A stretch of 64,000 nt of DNA. It comes from Eledone cirrhosa. Lineage: Eukaryota. Position numbers and translations under genes: made by a program. The stretch lies in NCBI GenBank assembly GCA_964016885.1, contig OZ024741.1, positions 188,046,001-188,110,000 of the forward strand. The letters run 5' to 3'. Positions 1-10,647 of the stretch are shown here, one piece after another. Below the pieces are notes generated by a model. It ran no database searches. It was given only the letters and a program-made list of their open reading frames with translations, and was not told the DNA's origin. Numbering within the stretch: position 1 is the first letter of the stretch; each line of letters starts with the position of its first letter.

Positions 1-485
1 ATATGTACATACATATATATACATAATACGTACACACATGCATACATACATACATACATACATACATACATACATACATACATACATACATACAAACATA
101 CGTACATACATACATACATACATACATACGTACATACATACATACATACATACATACATACATACATACATACATACATACATACATACATACAGACCGA
201 AACACGTACATACATACATATGTACATACATATATACATGATACGTACACACATGCATACATACATACATACATACAAACATACGTACATACATACATAC
301 ATACATACATACATACATACATACATACATACATACATACAGACCGAAACACGTACATACATACATACATACATACATACATACATACATACATACATAC
401 ATACATACATACATACATACATACATACATACATACATACATACATACATACAGACAGACAGACAGACCGAAACACGTATATACA
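1..485. repeat. (TACA)n microsatellite, interrupted
   Basis: Direct tetranucleotide repeat. Confidence 0.95.
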
Positions 486-655
486 CATCAGGCGAGTCCA
501 GCAGACGACAACGTCACAAACAACAATGAAACGGCCACGAATGGCGCCGTAATTTGCTACCTCCATTGACAGAAGAGTTTATTGAGTGCATCACACCAAC
601 TTTAGATGACATAATTATTATAAGGTGTTGGCCAGACAACATTATATTAATATCT

Positions 656-896
656 GGATCATCATCATCATCGTCGTCAACGTATCATCGTCATCGTCAT
701 CATCATCACCGCCATCATCATCATCTTTATTATCGTCGTCGTTATCCTCATCTTCATCATCATCATCATCATCATCTTCATTATTATCATTGTCGTCTTT
801 CATCCTTACGGGGTCGATAAAATAAAGTACCAGTAATGCACTGGGTTATTGCTGACCTTGTGCCTAAAGTAGAAACAATTATTATCATTGTCGTCG

Positions 897-946
<50 letters not shown>

Positions 947-1020
947 GTTATCGTCGTCATTATCATCATCACCATCATTATCACCACCACGTTCATTATT
1001 ACTACCACCACCATCAACAT
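656..1020. repeat. Degenerate (CAT)n tracts with an embedded SINE 3' fragment (~797-885)
   Basis: CAT/CGT triplets. CTTTCATCCTTACGGGGTCGATAAAATAAAGTACCAG matches the SINE body at 2672-2893. Confidence 0.8.
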
Positions 1021-1334
1021 CTTTGTTATTGACTATCTCTTCGACATGAAAGCTTGCGTTGTCATATCTAAAGAGTATGTTCTTATGACCCAAGGGTGTG
1101 AAATCCATTTGATGGGGTCGCGTGACAAAGGCGCAACGCGATAACAAAATCTCAATTAGGTATTTGGCAGATCACGACAGAGGCATACTATATTATTCCA
1201 AGATTATGTGTCGGCTTTCTGGTTACACATTGCCCAACTGATTGAGGGTAGTGATGAACCGGGGTCAGTGGACCTGAGAGCCTACTTCAACGACATCTCG
1301 ACAGAAAAAAAGGTGATGGCTCTCAGCAAAAAAA

Positions 1335-1600
1335 AAAAACGGGGTTGTAAAGAACTGATAACAACCGCTGACATACGATCGGCCGTCTGAGATAGTGCTA
1401 GGGGTAAATCCCTGGTTTGGATTGACTACCCAACGATCTTACGAATACATGCTGGATTTGTTCACCTATCCCAACTAGCAACAAACTGGAAATATTTCTT
1501 ATTGCGTTAGTCGGGCAATGATAACGCTCGCTGTCGAAAGACATGAACAGGAAGGGGAATTGGCGATAACTTCCGGGTCATAACTCATCCGAACTTATAG
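1335..1600 (+). pseudogene. Highly decayed RLE-type (R4/Dong-like) RT fragment
   Basis: Broken frames read GCKELI...LVWIDY, resembling the GCKEQL..WIDYxKAFD region of RLE-clade RTs. Confidence 0.35.
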
Positions 1601-2039
1601 TTCAGCCAAGAATTTAGCCAATATTCTCGCGACCTGAATAATTCTTGGCAGTTTCACAGCAATCTCTTCCTCGTGAGATTGGTCATAGAGAGTGTGGGTT
1701 ATAAATATGGTTATGATAGGACTCTGATCCATTCGGATCTATCCAAATCCTTTTATCAGGTCGCTTTTGAGCACTACCGGTAACATCCTACCCAGTACAA
1801 CCTGTCGCATGGTCGAGTCGTCCATTACTTCTACTATGTTACAACTTATCTTATCTAATAACAAGAGTGACGGGCGATATGTACACCCTACATAACCACT
1901 ATTCACATATACACACTAATTAAAAATTACTATTAAGTCTACCTTTCTATAAAAATCATTTCTAGTATATGTCCCCCGGGTAAACAAGGTATGTGCTGGC
2001 TCGCTCCCGCTCAGGTAGCAAGGACGCAGGAAAACACTG

Positions 2040-2400
2040 AATATCACCGAATGGAATGTTAGAACAATACTTAATAAAACAAAATCTCAACGATCTAAGC
2101 GTCAGACTGCTCTAGTTGCAAAGGAATTAGATAGATACATCGACAACACCGTTCTTTATGAAACATGCTTTACTGGAAATGACAGCATGGTAGATCACGG
2201 TTACACATACTTCTGGAGTGAGAAGAGGGAAGAAGAACGAAGGGAAGCTGGTTTTGGCCTTGAAATAAGGAACTTCATCACTCTACAACTGGACCATGAC
2301 AATGAGACTGCCATTCTACAAAAATGTCTGCGCCACAATTGTCAGTGTCTATGCGGTGATATCGGACACAACAAAAGCTGAGATGGTCGGTATCATTCTG
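2040..2400 (+). pseudogene. Decayed RTE-clade LINE, APE endonuclease N-terminus
   Basis: Broken frames give WNVRT, RQTALVAKELDRY, GYTYFWS..EERREAGFG. Confidence 0.7.
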
Positions 2401-2671
2401 AAAGAATACAAAGTGTTACAGGAGCACACATTAACGGAAGGGATTACATCACGACATCTGGGTATGTAAGTTTATGTCAGTCGACGACGTAGATCGCTCG
2501 ATTGACGGTCTTGTTAAGATGATTTGGTTCTGTGGCTAGGAATTGTGACGAGACTACGGACAAAATGCCCATTCTAGCTTAGAAATAAGTTGAGAAAGGG
2601 CTATCATGGTAAAACAGTGTAGAAGTGGCGAACACCGCATAATACCATCTATTATTCATTACTGCATTTAT

Positions 2672-2893
2672 GGCGGTGGATTGGCAGTATCGGTAGAGGG
2701 TCCCACGCCATGCTTTGCAGCATAGAGTTACGGCCCTTTATGATCTGAGTTCAAATCCCGCCGAGGTTAACTTTGCCTTTCATCCTTGCGGGGTCGATAA
2801 AAATAAAGTATCAGTCACGCACTGGGGTTGATTTAATCGACTTTCGCCTTTCCCAAAATTGCCGACCTTGTGCTTATATAAGAAACCATTATT
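2672..2893 (+). mobile_element. tRNA-derived SINE (family A), near full length
   Basis: A-box TGGCAGTATCGG, B-box GAGTTCAAATCC, body GCCTTTCATCCTT.CGGGGTCGATAAAAT, ATT tail; several copies in window. Confidence 0.8.
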
Positions 2894-2911
2894 TATTTGG
2901 ATTGGCAGAGA

Positions 2912-3025
2912 GCGGTGGATTGGCAGTATCGGTAGAGGGTTGGATACTATGCTTTGCAGCAAAGAGTTACGGGCCTTTATGATCTGAGTTGAAATCCGGC
3001 CAAAAGTAAAAACAATTATTTATTA
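2912..3025 (+). mobile_element. SINE family A, internally deleted copy
   Basis: Repeats the head of 2672-2765. Confidence 0.7.
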
Positions 3026-3044
3026 CTGCCTAATCATCATTGCT

Positions 3045-3170
3045 TGTCCCAGTTTTCATCTGATCATCGGCTGCCCAAACAACCGTTTTATTCGCAGCTG
3101 AATGAAAAAAAGCCTAAGTGTGGCAGCCAAAGGAAGCGAATGAAAGACGTACTTAATCTAAAAAAAAACT
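3045..3170 (+). pseudogene. RTE-clade LINE C-terminal fragment
   Basis: DHRLPKQPFYSQL...GSQRKRMKD resembles the RTE C-terminal motif. Confidence 0.55.
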
Positions 3171-3204
3171 ATACAGCGTACCATCAGTTCGGGAGGGGGG
3201 GTGG

Positions 3205-3330
3205 GGGGTGTTGGCAGAGTCGTCAGTGTGTCGGATGAAAAATGCCTCGGTATTTGTTCCGGTTCTGAATTCAAATCTACTTTGCCTTTCATCTTTTCGG
3301 GGTCGATAAATAAAGTACCAATACTGAAAT
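3205..3330 (+). mobile_element. SINE fragment related to family A
   Basis: TTGGCAGAGTCGTCAG...GCCTTTCATCTTTTCGGGGTCGATAAATAAAGTACC. Confidence 0.6.
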
Positions 3331-3336
3331 TGATAC

Positions 3337-3489
<153 letters not shown>

Positions 3490-4302
3490 AGGTGTGGAAG
3501 AGATCAGCTGTGTCCCAACCTGGAGAAGGATGTGCTCCGCCAAGGTTTAAATGCCCAAGCACGCTGTTTATCAGAATGGTCTCCCTACGACTCAACCATG
3601 AATTAAAGGCCTTCTACATTTACTTAGCATCAATGAGTACGAGCGGGAATCGTTCAGGTCGTAACATATGTGTTACAATAGATCTATGGGTCACACCTAA
3701 TCGTTCACCAGACTGCCTACGTACTAAAGGTCAACACCACTGTTTCTTATCTTACCTATGATAACCATTACTATTCATCCACTTAGATTAAATGCATGTA
3801 TGTATGGCCCCGTAACTCCTGATAGAGTCGTAGGGGTGCTGTATTGACATACGGCGTTTCTGGGGCATTTCAAGCCTGGCGGAGCCGCCCATCCCTCTCC
3901 AGGCCTGAGTATTGCAGACTTCTTCCAGAGAAAGATAGAAAGTGGAAATGAGTGGAAATGAGAAAGTAATCCACTTACATACAGCCATAGAACGGATTTC
4001 ATTTATAGAAACTACTACTACATACATACTCATTTTAATAGATAGACACATACATTGCATGAACATATTCATACACACGTACAAACACATATAGAATACA
4101 AACAAGAAGCGTTTTTTTTATATGTATAAATACATACATGTATTATACATAATATGTACACCGTTCGTGCTAAATATATTTTACCTACAGCAATGTCGTC
4201 TGCTTCTTTCATTATTCAATATATTACGAAGTTCAGTTGTTTGTTCTTTTGTTGAATATTTTTTCTTTCTTGTTCTTCTTGTCATTATTGTTGTCATTAT
4301 TG

Positions 4303-4349
<47 letters not shown>

Positions 4350-4562
4350 GAATGCCATGGTTGACGGAGGCTCGGCTCTGTAAGGTATAGTAATTTTTAA
4401 CCGTTAAAACAATTGTAAATTGTTTAAAACTTGAACCAAATTGTTGATAAAGACACCCTCCTCCTCGTGAGAGGGGTCTTTCTGTCCGTTATTTGGCCCT
4501 TCGGGGTTAAATAGCCAGTTATTGGGGTTTTGTACCCAAAATTTCATTTTAAACAAAAAAAC

Positions 4563-6662
4563 ATGGCTACCAAAAAAAAAAAATTTCATACGTCACTCCC
4601 ACTCATTCCGTCTTCTTCTTCCTCAATCATCACTACAGGAGAGAGAAGATTGTCTCTCTCCCTCCCTTCTTTAAATGTGTCTCTCTCCCTACCTTCTCTT
4701 TCGCAAGCGACGAAAGAAAAGAAAAGTCTCGTGCAAAGCGTGCAAGGTTTCTCCACGACGACGACGACAGCGACGAAACAGGTGTGCGGGAAATACGAAA
4801 ACCCAGTTCATTCGTCTGACGTCAGGAATAATAGCAGTAGCAGCCGTAATAACAACAGCAACAGTGACAATGAAAACAACAGTAGCAGCCGCAACAGCAT
4901 CACCAGCAGCATAAACAACAACACCATTAGCAGCAGCAACACCAACAACAACCACAGCAACAGCGGCGGAGGCAGTAGTCGTAGTACCTGCAGCAACAAC
5001 AAAAGTACCAGCAGCTCTGACGACAACAACAACAGCAGAGAAAAACCAATCTCATTTGCAGGTATTGCGAAAAACCTGGAAACAATCCTCATAACAAATG
5101 AGGAATTAGAGGAAGCGAAGAAGATGGTGACAAAGAACGGACACCGAGCAATCTGCAAGGCAGCGAAAAATTTTTTCGAAACCCAAGAGCACTGTACGGT
5201 CACGTACCGTACAGTAAGTACAAAATCCCGTAGGGTGGAAAGAGCCACAGAGGCCCAAATACAAAAAGCCTTGGGGTCTGTGTGGCAGAGGAAAACGCAC
5301 ATCACCCGAGGCAAAAAATACGCCACCGTAGACGTACTTTTTGCCACACCCCAGGAGGCAAAGGCCCAATCAGTAGTGACCCTAAGGAGCGAGGAAATGG
5401 TGTTGGTGCCCTCCTACTGCGGGCAAAAAATTGTGAGGGTCAAACTGACCCACGTCCCCCCCGGAATGACCCCTTCTTGGCTGGCCGCGTCTGTCCTCGT
5501 CGGAATCGAGGACAAAACAACTGTACTGCAAGTACAGAAAAAAGTAAGAGAAGATTGGGTCGGCTCCTCCATTGAGATGCTAATACAAACCAACCAGGAG
5601 TGCATCGAAGCTATCCCGGATGTGATAGACTTCGATAACGGCACTCAACTGCCCATAAGTGTTGAGGGCAAACGCCCGAAATGCTTTCGCTGTGGATCGA
5701 AGACTCACCTCAGGGCCTTCTGCAACGAGAAGACCCTGAGAAAGGAGAAAACCCCCCTCCTCCCGAATCCGGTTCCACGGCTACCAGCAACAGGACAAGC
5801 GGCAACCAGGAACGATAGGTCCGTGGCACCCATACCCACTCCACGGAAATCAAAGACAGCAGCAGCAGTGGAAATATTAACAACAACAACAGCAATACCA
5901 AATGCAGCTGCAACAGAGACTCCAGTGCAAACATCACCAACAACAACAAGTGAAAGAGTGGAGCTGGTACCCCTCCCCGACCTTACAGAATCAGACATGG
6001 AGTGTGAGGTGGGAGAGGGATGGCAAAAGGTCTCAAGAAGGCACAAACGCAGAAGCAGCGCATCGTCGCCTTTGAAAAGGGAGGAAAGAAATGAGAAAAG
6101 GGTAAAGTCTACTGCAAAGAGACCCACAGCAGCAACACCACCAACACCATCACCACCCACACCAGCACCACCATCACCACCGGCGACAACCCCACCGCCA
6201 ACAACACCTTCAACACCACCACCACAAGCACCAACATCGCAAACACAACAACAAAACACACACACCCAGCAACAACGACAAGAAAATAGCAGAACCACAC
6301 CCCACCCCCAGAAAAACAAATGCACGGCAATAAACACACACAACAAGAAACTAATGACTTACATAATTGAACACACAGACATTTCACAACAGGACTACAT
6401 AATACCAGCACCAATCAAAACGCCAACTAACATAAGACTGCTAAAAATAGCACAGAAACAATACACAAACATTAAAACGAAATTCCCCAACGCAGTTGGT
6501 GATTTCAGGGACCTAGGAGGAACCATTAATCGAAGAGTATATTCAGACATTCTCTTAGAAGAGCCGACGACCAGCCGAAGGGACGATTCAACGGTCCCTT
6601 CACCAGACGATCAAGTGAAAAGGGATGTAAAAACCATCCCTCCTCTACCAAAAATACGGTAA
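4563..6662 (+). CDS. ORF1 nucleic-acid-binding protein (699 aa from first ATG)
   Basis: CFRCGSKTHLRAFC = CX2CX4HX4C knuckle; S/N-rich and P/T-rich tracts; basic patch RRHKRR. Confidence 0.88.
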   Translation: MATKKKKFHTSLPLIPSSSSSIITTGERRLSLSLPSLNVSLSLPSLSQATKEKKSLVQSVQGFSTTTTTATKQVCGKYENPVHSSDVRNNSSSSRNNNSNSDNENNSSSRNSITSSINNNTISSSNTNNNHSNSGGGSSRSTCSNNKSTSSSDDNNNSREKPISFAGIAKNLETILITNEELEEAKKMVTKNGHRAICKAAKNFFETQEHCTVTYRTVSTKSRRVERATEAQIQKALGSVWQRKTHITRGKKYATVDVLFATPQEAKAQSVVTLRSEEMVLVPSYCGQKIVRVKLTHVPPGMTPSWLAASVLVGIEDKTTVLQVQKKVREDWVGSSIEMLIQTNQECIEAIPDVIDFDNGTQLPISVEGKRPKCFRCGSKTHLRAFCNEKTLRKEKTPLLPNPVPRLPATGQAATRNDRSVAPIPTPRKSKTAAAVEILTTTTAIPNAAATETPVQTSPTTTSERVELVPLPDLTESDMECEVGEGWQKVSRRHKRRSSASSPLKREERNEKRVKSTAKRPTAATPPTPSPPTPAPPSPPATTPPPTTPSTPPPQAPTSQTQQQNTHTQQQRQENSRTTPHPQKNKCTAINTHNKKLMTYIIEHTDISQQDYIIPAPIKTPTNIRLLKIAQKQYTNIKTKFPNAVGDFRDLGGTINRRVYSDILLEEPTTSRRDDSTVPSPDDQVKRDVKTIPPLPKIR

Positions 6663-6697
6663 GTGGTCTTTCCCATCTTTTCCACTCTATTTTAAAC

Positions 6698-9600
6698 ATG
6701 ACCTCACTCAGAATAGGCAGCATAAATGCGCGTGGCTTGGGGTCGTCATGGAAGCAGGGTCACCTGCTCAACGACCTCAGGTCACTAAACATAGATGTAG
6801 TGGCCATCAGCGAGACCAGAATCTCCGAAGCACGGGCCTTCGCACCGATCTTCGGCGGCTACGATGTGTACGCATCTCCCAGCCGTCCTGGATCGGGTGG
6901 AGGAGTTGCTGTGCTTTTTCGGAGAGGTTTGGATCTCGCCATACGGGCCATCTTCCTGGACCCAGAGGGTAAGCTGGTGGTGCTGGACGTGACCAGCGGA
7001 GACGGGCAAGCTTTCAGGCTAGTGGCCGTCTATGCCCCGACAGGAGCAGGGCGGCCTGATTTCTTCCGGCGTCTGGAGACCTTTCTTGGAACGTCGCGCT
7101 CTTTAGTGTTAGTGGGCGACTGGAACGGGATCTTAGATGCACGCTGGGACTGTGTGGGATTAGCGGATAGGGGTGGAGGGTGCAAGAGCCTCACCAACCT
7201 GCTCAGGCGTTTTGAACTGTCTGACAGGTACCGATTGGATTTCCCGAATGTGCCAATGTGGACTTGGACAAACCGCATAGGGTCATCCAGATCATATCTA
7301 GATAGAGTATTTTGTAGGGAAATAGATAGGTCTAGCATAGGCTGTCCACAATTCAAGATAGTCAGCTACACGGACCACAAATTCGTGATCTGTGTGCTTG
7401 ACTTAGATAGGCTTCATAGACGAGGACCCGGCTACTGGAAGCTAAACGCGTCCTTACCAGCGCGCAAGGCCTACAGAGACCGGATTAGCGAACTAGTTAA
7501 GCGGGCGTTGACGGGGGCCATCGTCAACAACAAGTGGTGGTTTGCTCTGAAAAGAGCGATTAGAATAGAATCGATTAGGTTTAGTAAGGCTTTAGCAATA
7601 GAGAAAAATAGAGCAGAGGGAGAACTAGTTAGAAAATTAGACGAGGCGCTTAGCAAAGGCATTGCGACCGACGTGCTTGCGGCGAAATTGGCCCTTGACC
7701 AATTCTTCAATGCAAAGCACGAAGGCTGCGTTGTCAGAGCTAGGGTGCGTGCTCTCAGACACGAGGGGACGAAAGCCGTTCAATGGGCCCGAGTGGCGGA
7801 GGCGCGTCGTGGCAACAAAGCCACGATCCGGTCTTTGGTGGACCACGACGGGCGCATGCTACTCGATCCCGGGCAAATGTGTGAAGCTTTTCAGCGACAC
7901 TTCGCTCAGCTGTTCGGGGGCAGCGGGGGGCCGGGTAGAGGGATGGACTTTAGTGTCTACCTCGACGGACTGCCGCGGCTCTCGGCCACTGAGGCGAAGT
8001 GTTGCGAAAAGCCGATAACAGCCGCTGAAGTAAGGGAGGCAATGACTGGCTGCACAAGGGGTAAATCGCCTGGTTTGGATGGTCTGCCCTATGAACTTTA
8101 CGTACAGATGCCAGACTTGTTCGGAGGCCTCTTGGCGGACGTCTACTGCAACTGGCAACAGAACGGGAGAATTCCCAGTTCTGTGAGCCGAGGAGCGGTG
8201 GCACTGCTGAGAAAGGATCCGAACAAGGGGGATAACATAGACAATTTCCGGCCCATAACTCTGCTAAACACAGAGTTTAAGATTTTGGCCAAGGTGCTAG
8301 CAAAGAGGTTGGCGCTTGTCGTTGGTGGTCTGGTGGGAGAGGCGCAGACATGCGCCATTCCCGACAGATCCATCCACGACAACCTCCACCTCATGCGATA
8401 CATCGTAGAGAGGGTAGCTAGGGAACCTGGCACGGGTGGGTCCTTGATCAATTTAGATCAGTCGAAAGCTTTCGATAGGGTCGACCATCGTTACCTAGCG
8501 GCAGTCCTGAGGGCGGCTGGCTTTGGGCCCGTCTTCAGAGGCTGGATCGCTGCCATGCACAGCGACATCTGCTCTGTGGTGAGAGTGAACGGTCACCTGT
8601 CGGAACCGTTCAACATCATGCGCTCGGTCCGCCAAGGATGTCCCCTCTCGTCCCTCTTGTACGTATTGACTCTCGAGCCATTACTGCACAAACTGGAGAC
8701 GTTGAGGGGAGTCCCGCGCGAACTAGGATGCGGAAGATCCGTGTCAGCATATGCGGACGATGTCACCGTAGTGGTGTCGAACGCCAAACACATCGAGGCG
8801 ATCGGCACTACACTAAGAGAATACGAAGCGGTGACAGGAGCAATGATCAACCAGGAAAAGTCAGTGGGCCTGCAGCTCGGCACCTGGAGAGGCAGGTCCA
8901 TGCCGTCCAACAGCGTCGTCGGGCGCTGGACGGACGGACCGGTTAAATTGCTAGGGGTCTGGTTCGGTCCGGACCTCCAGACGGACAAAAACTGGGACGA
9001 GGTGACGAGCAGGGTGGCTTCTCTCACCCAGAAATGGGCGGAGAGGAAGCTATCCCTGAAAGGTCGAGCGGAGGTGGCTAACGCGTACATCGCGTCTGTC
9101 ATCTGCTACCGCCTAACCGTCGTACCTTGTCCTAAGCCTCGCCTGACTGCGCTGGAGCGTTTGCTCTTTCGCTTTTTGTGGAAGGGACGTGCTCCGATGG
9201 TCAGGCGGTCCATCTGTTGTCAACACCCGCTACGTGGAGGGCTGGGCATGCCGTGGCTGATGATGCGCAGGCACGCGCTCAGGCTACGACATCTCCACCT
9301 CTTCCTCGACGGTGATCAGGTGTGGTCGCCGTTTGCTAGACGCGTTTTTCCCCAGCTCGTTTCCTTGACGGAGCTGCAGTCCTGGGTCAAGCGAAGACCG
9401 AGAGGGAGCGCCTGGAGACTGGAATGTCTTCAGGCGCTCACAGCCCTCGACCAATCGGGCAATGTGATCGGTGGAAACTCCACCTCGGCGTTCTATAGAG
9501 GATTAGTGGAGGGGAAGAGCGACGACGTACTTGGGGAAACTCTAGGCGTCGACGAAAATCAACTAGCCAATCTCTTCGGAAGAACCTTCGGGCCAGGGCC

Positions 9601-10117
9601 TATGGACAACTTCCAGAAATCTCTGGCCTGGCAGTGCTACCGAGGAGCCTTGCCAGTTCGGGATAAACTCTACAGGCATGGAGGTGCCGTCAGCCGGGCA
9701 TGTCCGAGATGCGCGCAGGGCGACGAAACCGTCCTGCACGCACTCGTCCAGTGTCCGAAAATTGCTGACTTGTGGGTTTATGTCGAACACCTGCTGTCGC
9801 GTTTAGGACGGATCCAGTTATCATCTGAGTCTATCGTGAGGATTGCCCCGCCCTCCTCCTTTAGCCGGGAAGGGCAGGCAGTTTTTATCTGTCTGGTGGC
9901 CATGGCGAAAGAGATAGTATGGTGGACACGTTTGAAAGGGCTGAAGACGAGCACTTACCTCTTCGGTGATGCTCTGATTGACTTTTTCAAATTTCATTTG
10001 AAAAGGAAAATCAGAGTAGAGAAGGAAGTGCTCTCTTCCCAGCATTTTGTTGAAAGATGGGTGAGAGAAGCAAGAATGGCCCGAGTGAATGGGCCGACTC
10101 TGAGTATATATCTGTAA
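6698..10117 (+). CDS. ORF2: APE endonuclease, reverse transcriptase, C-terminal zinc finger (1139 aa)
   Basis: SINARG, ISET, VYAP, GDWN, YLDR, TDH; KSPGLDGL, FRPITLLN, KAFDRV, VRQGCPLS, YADD; CPRC..ETVLHALVQC; GPGYWKLN typical of L1/Tx1. Confidence 0.95.
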   Translation: MTSLRIGSINARGLGSSWKQGHLLNDLRSLNIDVVAISETRISEARAFAPIFGGYDVYASPSRPGSGGGVAVLFRRGLDLAIRAIFLDPEGKLVVLDVTSGDGQAFRLVAVYAPTGAGRPDFFRRLETFLGTSRSLVLVGDWNGILDARWDCVGLADRGGGCKSLTNLLRRFELSDRYRLDFPNVPMWTWTNRIGSSRSYLDRVFCREIDRSSIGCPQFKIVSYTDHKFVICVLDLDRLHRRGPGYWKLNASLPARKAYRDRISELVKRALTGAIVNNKWWFALKRAIRIESIRFSKALAIEKNRAEGELVRKLDEALSKGIATDVLAAKLALDQFFNAKHEGCVVRARVRALRHEGTKAVQWARVAEARRGNKATIRSLVDHDGRMLLDPGQMCEAFQRHFAQLFGGSGGPGRGMDFSVYLDGLPRLSATEAKCCEKPITAAEVREAMTGCTRGKSPGLDGLPYELYVQMPDLFGGLLADVYCNWQQNGRIPSSVSRGAVALLRKDPNKGDNIDNFRPITLLNTEFKILAKVLAKRLALVVGGLVGEAQTCAIPDRSIHDNLHLMRYIVERVAREPGTGGSLINLDQSKAFDRVDHRYLAAVLRAAGFGPVFRGWIAAMHSDICSVVRVNGHLSEPFNIMRSVRQGCPLSSLLYVLTLEPLLHKLETLRGVPRELGCGRSVSAYADDVTVVVSNAKHIEAIGTTLREYEAVTGAMINQEKSVGLQLGTWRGRSMPSNSVVGRWTDGPVKLLGVWFGPDLQTDKNWDEVTSRVASLTQKWAERKLSLKGRAEVANAYIASVICYRLTVVPCPKPRLTALERLLFRFLWKGRAPMVRRSICCQHPLRGGLGMPWLMMRRHALRLRHLHLFLDGDQVWSPFARRVFPQLVSLTELQSWVKRRPRGSAWRLECLQALTALDQSGNVIGGNSTSAFYRGLVEGKSDDVLGETLGVDENQLANLFGRTFGPGPMDNFQKSLAWQCYRGALPVRDKLYRHGGAVSRACPRCAQGDETVLHALVQCPKIADLWVYVEHLLSRLGRIQLSSESIVRIAPPSSFSREGQAVFICLVAMAKEIVWWTRLKGLKTSTYLFGDALIDFFKFHLKRKIRVEKEVLSSQHFVERWVREARMARVNGPTLSIYL

Positions 10118-10387
10118 ACTAAAGGTGGAAAACTGGGAGAGGGCACTTGCCTTGGTGGTCAGGGTCATTGTGGCTTTTTACTGGGCTTTCTCCACAAATG
10201 TCCCTCCGAAGTCTCCCCCCTATTGGGGAATTTTTCATTGTTATTTTCATTGTTATTTTTGTTACATCCTCTGTTTTTGTTTTTTTTACACGCAGAAATG
10301 CCCATTTGTACCGTCCTGCATTGTCCTGCACTGTCCTTAATGTCTACTTTATGTAAACCCTTGTGGTTAATAAAGAAATCATTATTG

Positions 10388-10434
<47 letters not shown>

Positions 10435-10647
10435 GAATGCCATGGTTGACGGAGGCTCGGCTCTGTAAGGTATAGTAATTTTTAACCGTTAAAACAATTG
10501 TAAATTGTTTAAAACTTGAACCAAATTGTTGATAAAGACACCCTCCTCCTCGTGAGAGGGGTCTTTCTGTCCGTTATTTGGCCCTTCGGGGTTAAATAGC
10601 CAGTTATTGGGGTTTTGTACCCAAAATTTCATTTTAAACAAAAAAAC

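Larger units (their letters stand above)
4350..10380 (+). mobile_element. L1/Tx1-type non-LTR retrotransposon, copy 1 (full length)
   Basis: 5' GAATGCCATGG; ORF1 + ORF2; 3' end AATAAAGAAATC followed by (ATT)n. Confidence 0.92.

Noticed and set aside
38-1147. ORFs such as HTYI-repeat, poly-His and poly-Ile/Asp (and CV/YI/HT ORFs elsewhere)
   Set aside because: Translations of stop-free microsatellites
2672-2765. tRNA gene
   Set aside because: A/B boxes present but no cloverleaf; continues into a SINE body found in several copies
4350-4402. Spliced-leader-RNA-like layout (AAG|GTATAG then AATTTTTAA)
   Set aside because: Sm-site consensus not met; too short and AT-rich to be significant
4455-4515. 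HDV-like ribozyme suggested by TCCTCGT (R2-type L3 loop) in the LINE 5'UTR
   Set aside because: Could not build P1/P2/P3; the sequence folds better as a simple hairpin
4530-4562. ORF1 start at 4530 given by the ORF track
   Set aside because: It is a TTG; the first ATG at 4563 (AACATGG context) is more plausible
4675-10468. Small overlapping and antisense ORFs inside the LINE copies
   Set aside because: Shadow frames of low-complexity or GC-rich coding sequence, with no motifs
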